From an uncultured Thiotrichaceae bacterium (GTDB taxonomy: Bacteria > Pseudomonadota > Gammaproteobacteria > SZUA-229): a stretch of DNA of 58,720 nucleotides. Where the stretch lies: assembly GCA_964466455.1 (NCBI GenBank), contig CAYXNL010000004.1, forward strand, positions 1 through 58,720, given 5' to 3'. The number at the start of each line of letters is the position of its first letter. Position 1 is the first letter of the stretch. This document shows, piece by piece, positions 56,646-58,720 of the stretch. The position numbers were made by a program, and so were the translations under genes. Below the pieces are notes generated by a model, which did not search any database, was not told the origin of the DNA, and was given only the letters and a program-made list of their open reading frames with translations.

Positions 56646-57275
56646 ATGTTGACAGTTGTAGGTAATTTGAAGGGTGGAACAGGCAAAAGTACAGTTGCAT
56701 TCAACCTTGCAGTATGGTTAGCATACGACAAACAAGGGGTGAAAGCTTTCGATTTAGATCCACAATGTACATTGCTTGATGTTTGTGAAGTACGAGAAGA
56801 AGACGGTTATGAGCCGATATTTGAGGTGTCTTCCGATGTAGATGAAATGGTTACCCTGGCCGCAGACAAAAAATACAGGCAACCGATTATTGTCGATATG
56901 AGTGCAAGTAATATGCCTGCAATGGAAACGGCCATTTCGGTTGCTGACAGAATACTGATACCGGTACAACCGAGTCAGGCAGATATCTGGTCAACGCAAC
57001 GGTTTTTAAAAATTGTCGCGCAGAATCTGAATACAGATAAAAATACAGAAGTGCTTGGTTTTATTAATCGTGCAGATACACATCGGGGTATTCGGGAAAC
57101 AGAAGAAGCACAGCAGGCATTGCAGGTGTTGCAGGGTGTTAAGGCGCTGGATATCCGGCTATATCAGCGAACCGCCTATCGACGCTCATTCAGCGAGGGG
57201 CTGGGTGTATTTGAACTCGACCCGATGGGAAAGGCATCGAAGGAAATGAAAAAACTGGCGGTGATGCTCGATTAA
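56646..57275 (+). CDS. Short orphan ParA/MinD-family ATPase
   Basis: Deviant Walker A KGGTGKST, A' DLDPQ, Walker B IIVD; 209 aa, no N-terminal HTH, no parB adjacent. Confidence 0.93.
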   Translation: MLTVVGNLKGGTGKSTVAFNLAVWLAYDKQGVKAFDLDPQCTLLDVCEVREEDGYEPIFEVSSDVDEMVTLAADKKYRQPIIVDMSASNMPAMETAISVADRILIPVQPSQADIWSTQRFLKIVAQNLNTDKNTEVLGFINRADTHRGIRETEEAQQALQVLQGVKALDIRLYQRTAYRRSFSEGLGVFELDPMGKASKEMKKLAVMLD

Positions 57276-57348
57276 GATACTTGACTACGGTATTGCGCGG
57301 TCTACTTATCCAATAAATTCAGGGTACAGGATTGAAAGAGGTTTATGT

Positions 57349-58344
57349 ATGAAATTTTTTCGCTGGTTATTAAGTAATATATTATTAATTATTGTTGTGG
57401 TCGGACTGATCTATACCTATGTGTACTGGGGACATCTGACTGGCGCTGATACCCCGGGAGGGAGGGTAATTACCTATTTATCTGGTGAGTCAGGCTTCGT
57501 CCATAATTTTGTTAATGGGATTAAAGAAAAAAACAGCAATCGGGAAAAGCACTCACCGTCTAATCAGCATACTGCAACGCCGTCAGTGGCTTTACATGGG
57601 GAAAATAACTCAGATCATTCGATCACAACATCCGGCTCAGCACCAGACAATCATGCTACTCCGGAAAATGTTTCTGCCGGGAAGGTAACCGCTGAGGCAA
57701 AGGAAAAAGAAAAAGAAAATAACGTTAACGTTGTTTCACGACAGCCGCAGCAGAGTGATAATACCGGCAATGCTTCATCTGCTGTATTACCACCCAAAGA
57801 AGCCGCGCATAACGCTAATAGTACCCTGGCGCAACAACCGGTTGCTACAAAAGAAAAGAATACTATTCCCCGGAAAAAAGGTCTTTCACCTTCCGCTCAG
57901 GCAAAGGTAGAACCACAGAAACCTGAACAGCAAGGTCATTCTAAAATAGCCAGATCAGGTGTTTTTGTCAGTCCAGACGTTGAGTCCGCACTGGAAAAGG
58001 CCGGTGCTAAAGGGGAGGTGGCAACATTGACACCGACCGCAATACGTAAAGTCTGGATCGAAGCCAGAAAATCCTTTTATAAGCATGACTATATGCAATC
58101 AGAGAAGGACTATAAACGTGTTATAGCGGCGACAAAAAATAATTATGATGCCTATGGAGAACTGGGTAACGTTTATTTTTATCAGGGTAAAAATGATAAA
58201 GCCGCCGCCACTTACATGAAAGCTGCGCTTATAATGATAGATTCAGGGCAGAGTAACCGCGCGCGCAGCTTACTGGGCCTGATGCACTATCTCAGTAAGG
58301 ATAAAGCGAAATTGCTTGAGCAGAAACTTGAGGCAGCTCAATAA
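57349..58344 (+). CDS. Membrane-anchored protein with disordered linker and C-terminal TPR domain
   Basis: N-terminal TM (LLSNILLIIVVVGLIYTYVYW), long S/N/A/E/K-rich linker, TPR-like YDAYGELGNVYFYQGKNDKAA. Confidence 0.8.
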   Translation: MKFFRWLLSNILLIIVVVGLIYTYVYWGHLTGADTPGGRVITYLSGESGFVHNFVNGIKEKNSNREKHSPSNQHTATPSVALHGENNSDHSITTSGSAPDNHATPENVSAGKVTAEAKEKEKENNVNVVSRQPQQSDNTGNASSAVLPPKEAAHNANSTLAQQPVATKEKNTIPRKKGLSPSAQAKVEPQKPEQQGHSKIARSGVFVSPDVESALEKAGAKGEVATLTPTAIRKVWIEARKSFYKHDYMQSEKDYKRVIAATKNNYDAYGELGNVYFYQGKNDKAAATYMKAALIMIDSGQSNRARSLLGLMHYLSKDKAKLLEQKLEAAQ

Positions 58345-58437
58345 CAGACACTGTCCAGAGAGCTATAATGTTTCACGCGGTACGTAATTTATTTATACCT
58401 GATATTATGAAACGAGGCGCTGCTGGCGATTTTTAGT

Positions 58438-58720
58438 ATGACCGATAAAAAAATGACAGAATCAATAAAAGCCGAGTCAACCGATACCCCGGCTGAAAAA
58501 ACAACAGATACTGCCAACACCGTATCTAATGTAAAAACGGAGATAAAGGTAGAAAAAAAAGCGGAGGGTAAAAAAATCTCAGCGAAAAGATCGGTGGCTA
58601 AAGCATCGACAGCAGAGGCACCGTCTAAAAAGAAGGCGGTGAAGAAAGATCCCGTGAAAAAAGGCCCCGTGAAAAAAGGCCCGGTGAAGAAAGACGCAGT
58701 GAAGAAAGATGAGGTGAAGA
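58438..58720 (+). CDS. Lys-rich histone-H1-like protein with VKKxx repeats, truncated by window end (not in ORF track)
   Basis: Hand translation, open to the edge: MTDKKMTESIKAESTDTPAEK...SKKKAVKKDPVKKGPVKKGPVKKDAVKKDEVK. Confidence 0.8.
   Translation, partial: MTDKKMTESIKAESTDTPAEKTTDTANTVSNVKTEIKVEKKAEGKKISAKRSVAKASTAEAPSKKKAVKKDPVKKGPVKKGPVKKDAVKKDEVK
58639..58720 (+). repeat. 15-bp coding repeat, VKKxx pentapeptides
   Basis: gtgaagaaagatccc gtgaaaaaaggcccc gtgaaaaaaggcccg gtgaagaaagacgca gtgaagaaagatgag gtgaag. Confidence 0.95.

Noticed and set aside
58368-58436. Short ORF MFHAVRNL... before the Lys-rich gene
   Set aside because: Only 22 codons, ending just before ATG 58438; no supporting evidence.
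32663-58720. Repeats as a CRISPR array or mobile element
   Set aside because: All repeats are short, spacer-less and mostly in-frame coding; no cas, transposase or integrase gene is present.

Overview
Housekeeping-rich chromosomal window of a gammaproteobacterium. Products were assigned by eye from the translations; no database searches were run. Bases 1-31.3 kb hold the contiguous translation/transcription supercluster: end of tuf, tRNA-Trp, secE, nusG, rplKAJL, rpoBC, rpsLG, fusA, tuf, then the S10, spc and alpha genes through rplQ, with recognisable leaders, promoters and terminators. After it come: (1) an accessory four-gene unit of ECF sigma, zinc anti-sigma, secreted PEQPAQ-repeat protein and TPR/outer-membrane barrel; (2) uvrA, a YajR-like MFS and ssb; (3) a small acidic protein ending in an SSB-like IPF tail; (4) parC, a fimX/fimW-like c-di-GMP receptor pair, and epmB-efp-epmA. 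The most unusual part is the last 9 kb, a same-strand locus. It encodes an RND adaptor with a hairpin-tip insertion, a 1365-aa RND permease with a Lys-rich VKKxx-repeat tail, two secreted Pro/aromatic-rich low-complexity proteins, an orphan ParA ATPase, a membrane-anchored TPR protein and a second VKKxx-repeat protein cut by the window edge. I propose, as inference only, that this is a system for building and spatially positioning a periplasmic/envelope structure or inclusion. No CRISPR array, rRNA or mobile element was seen.
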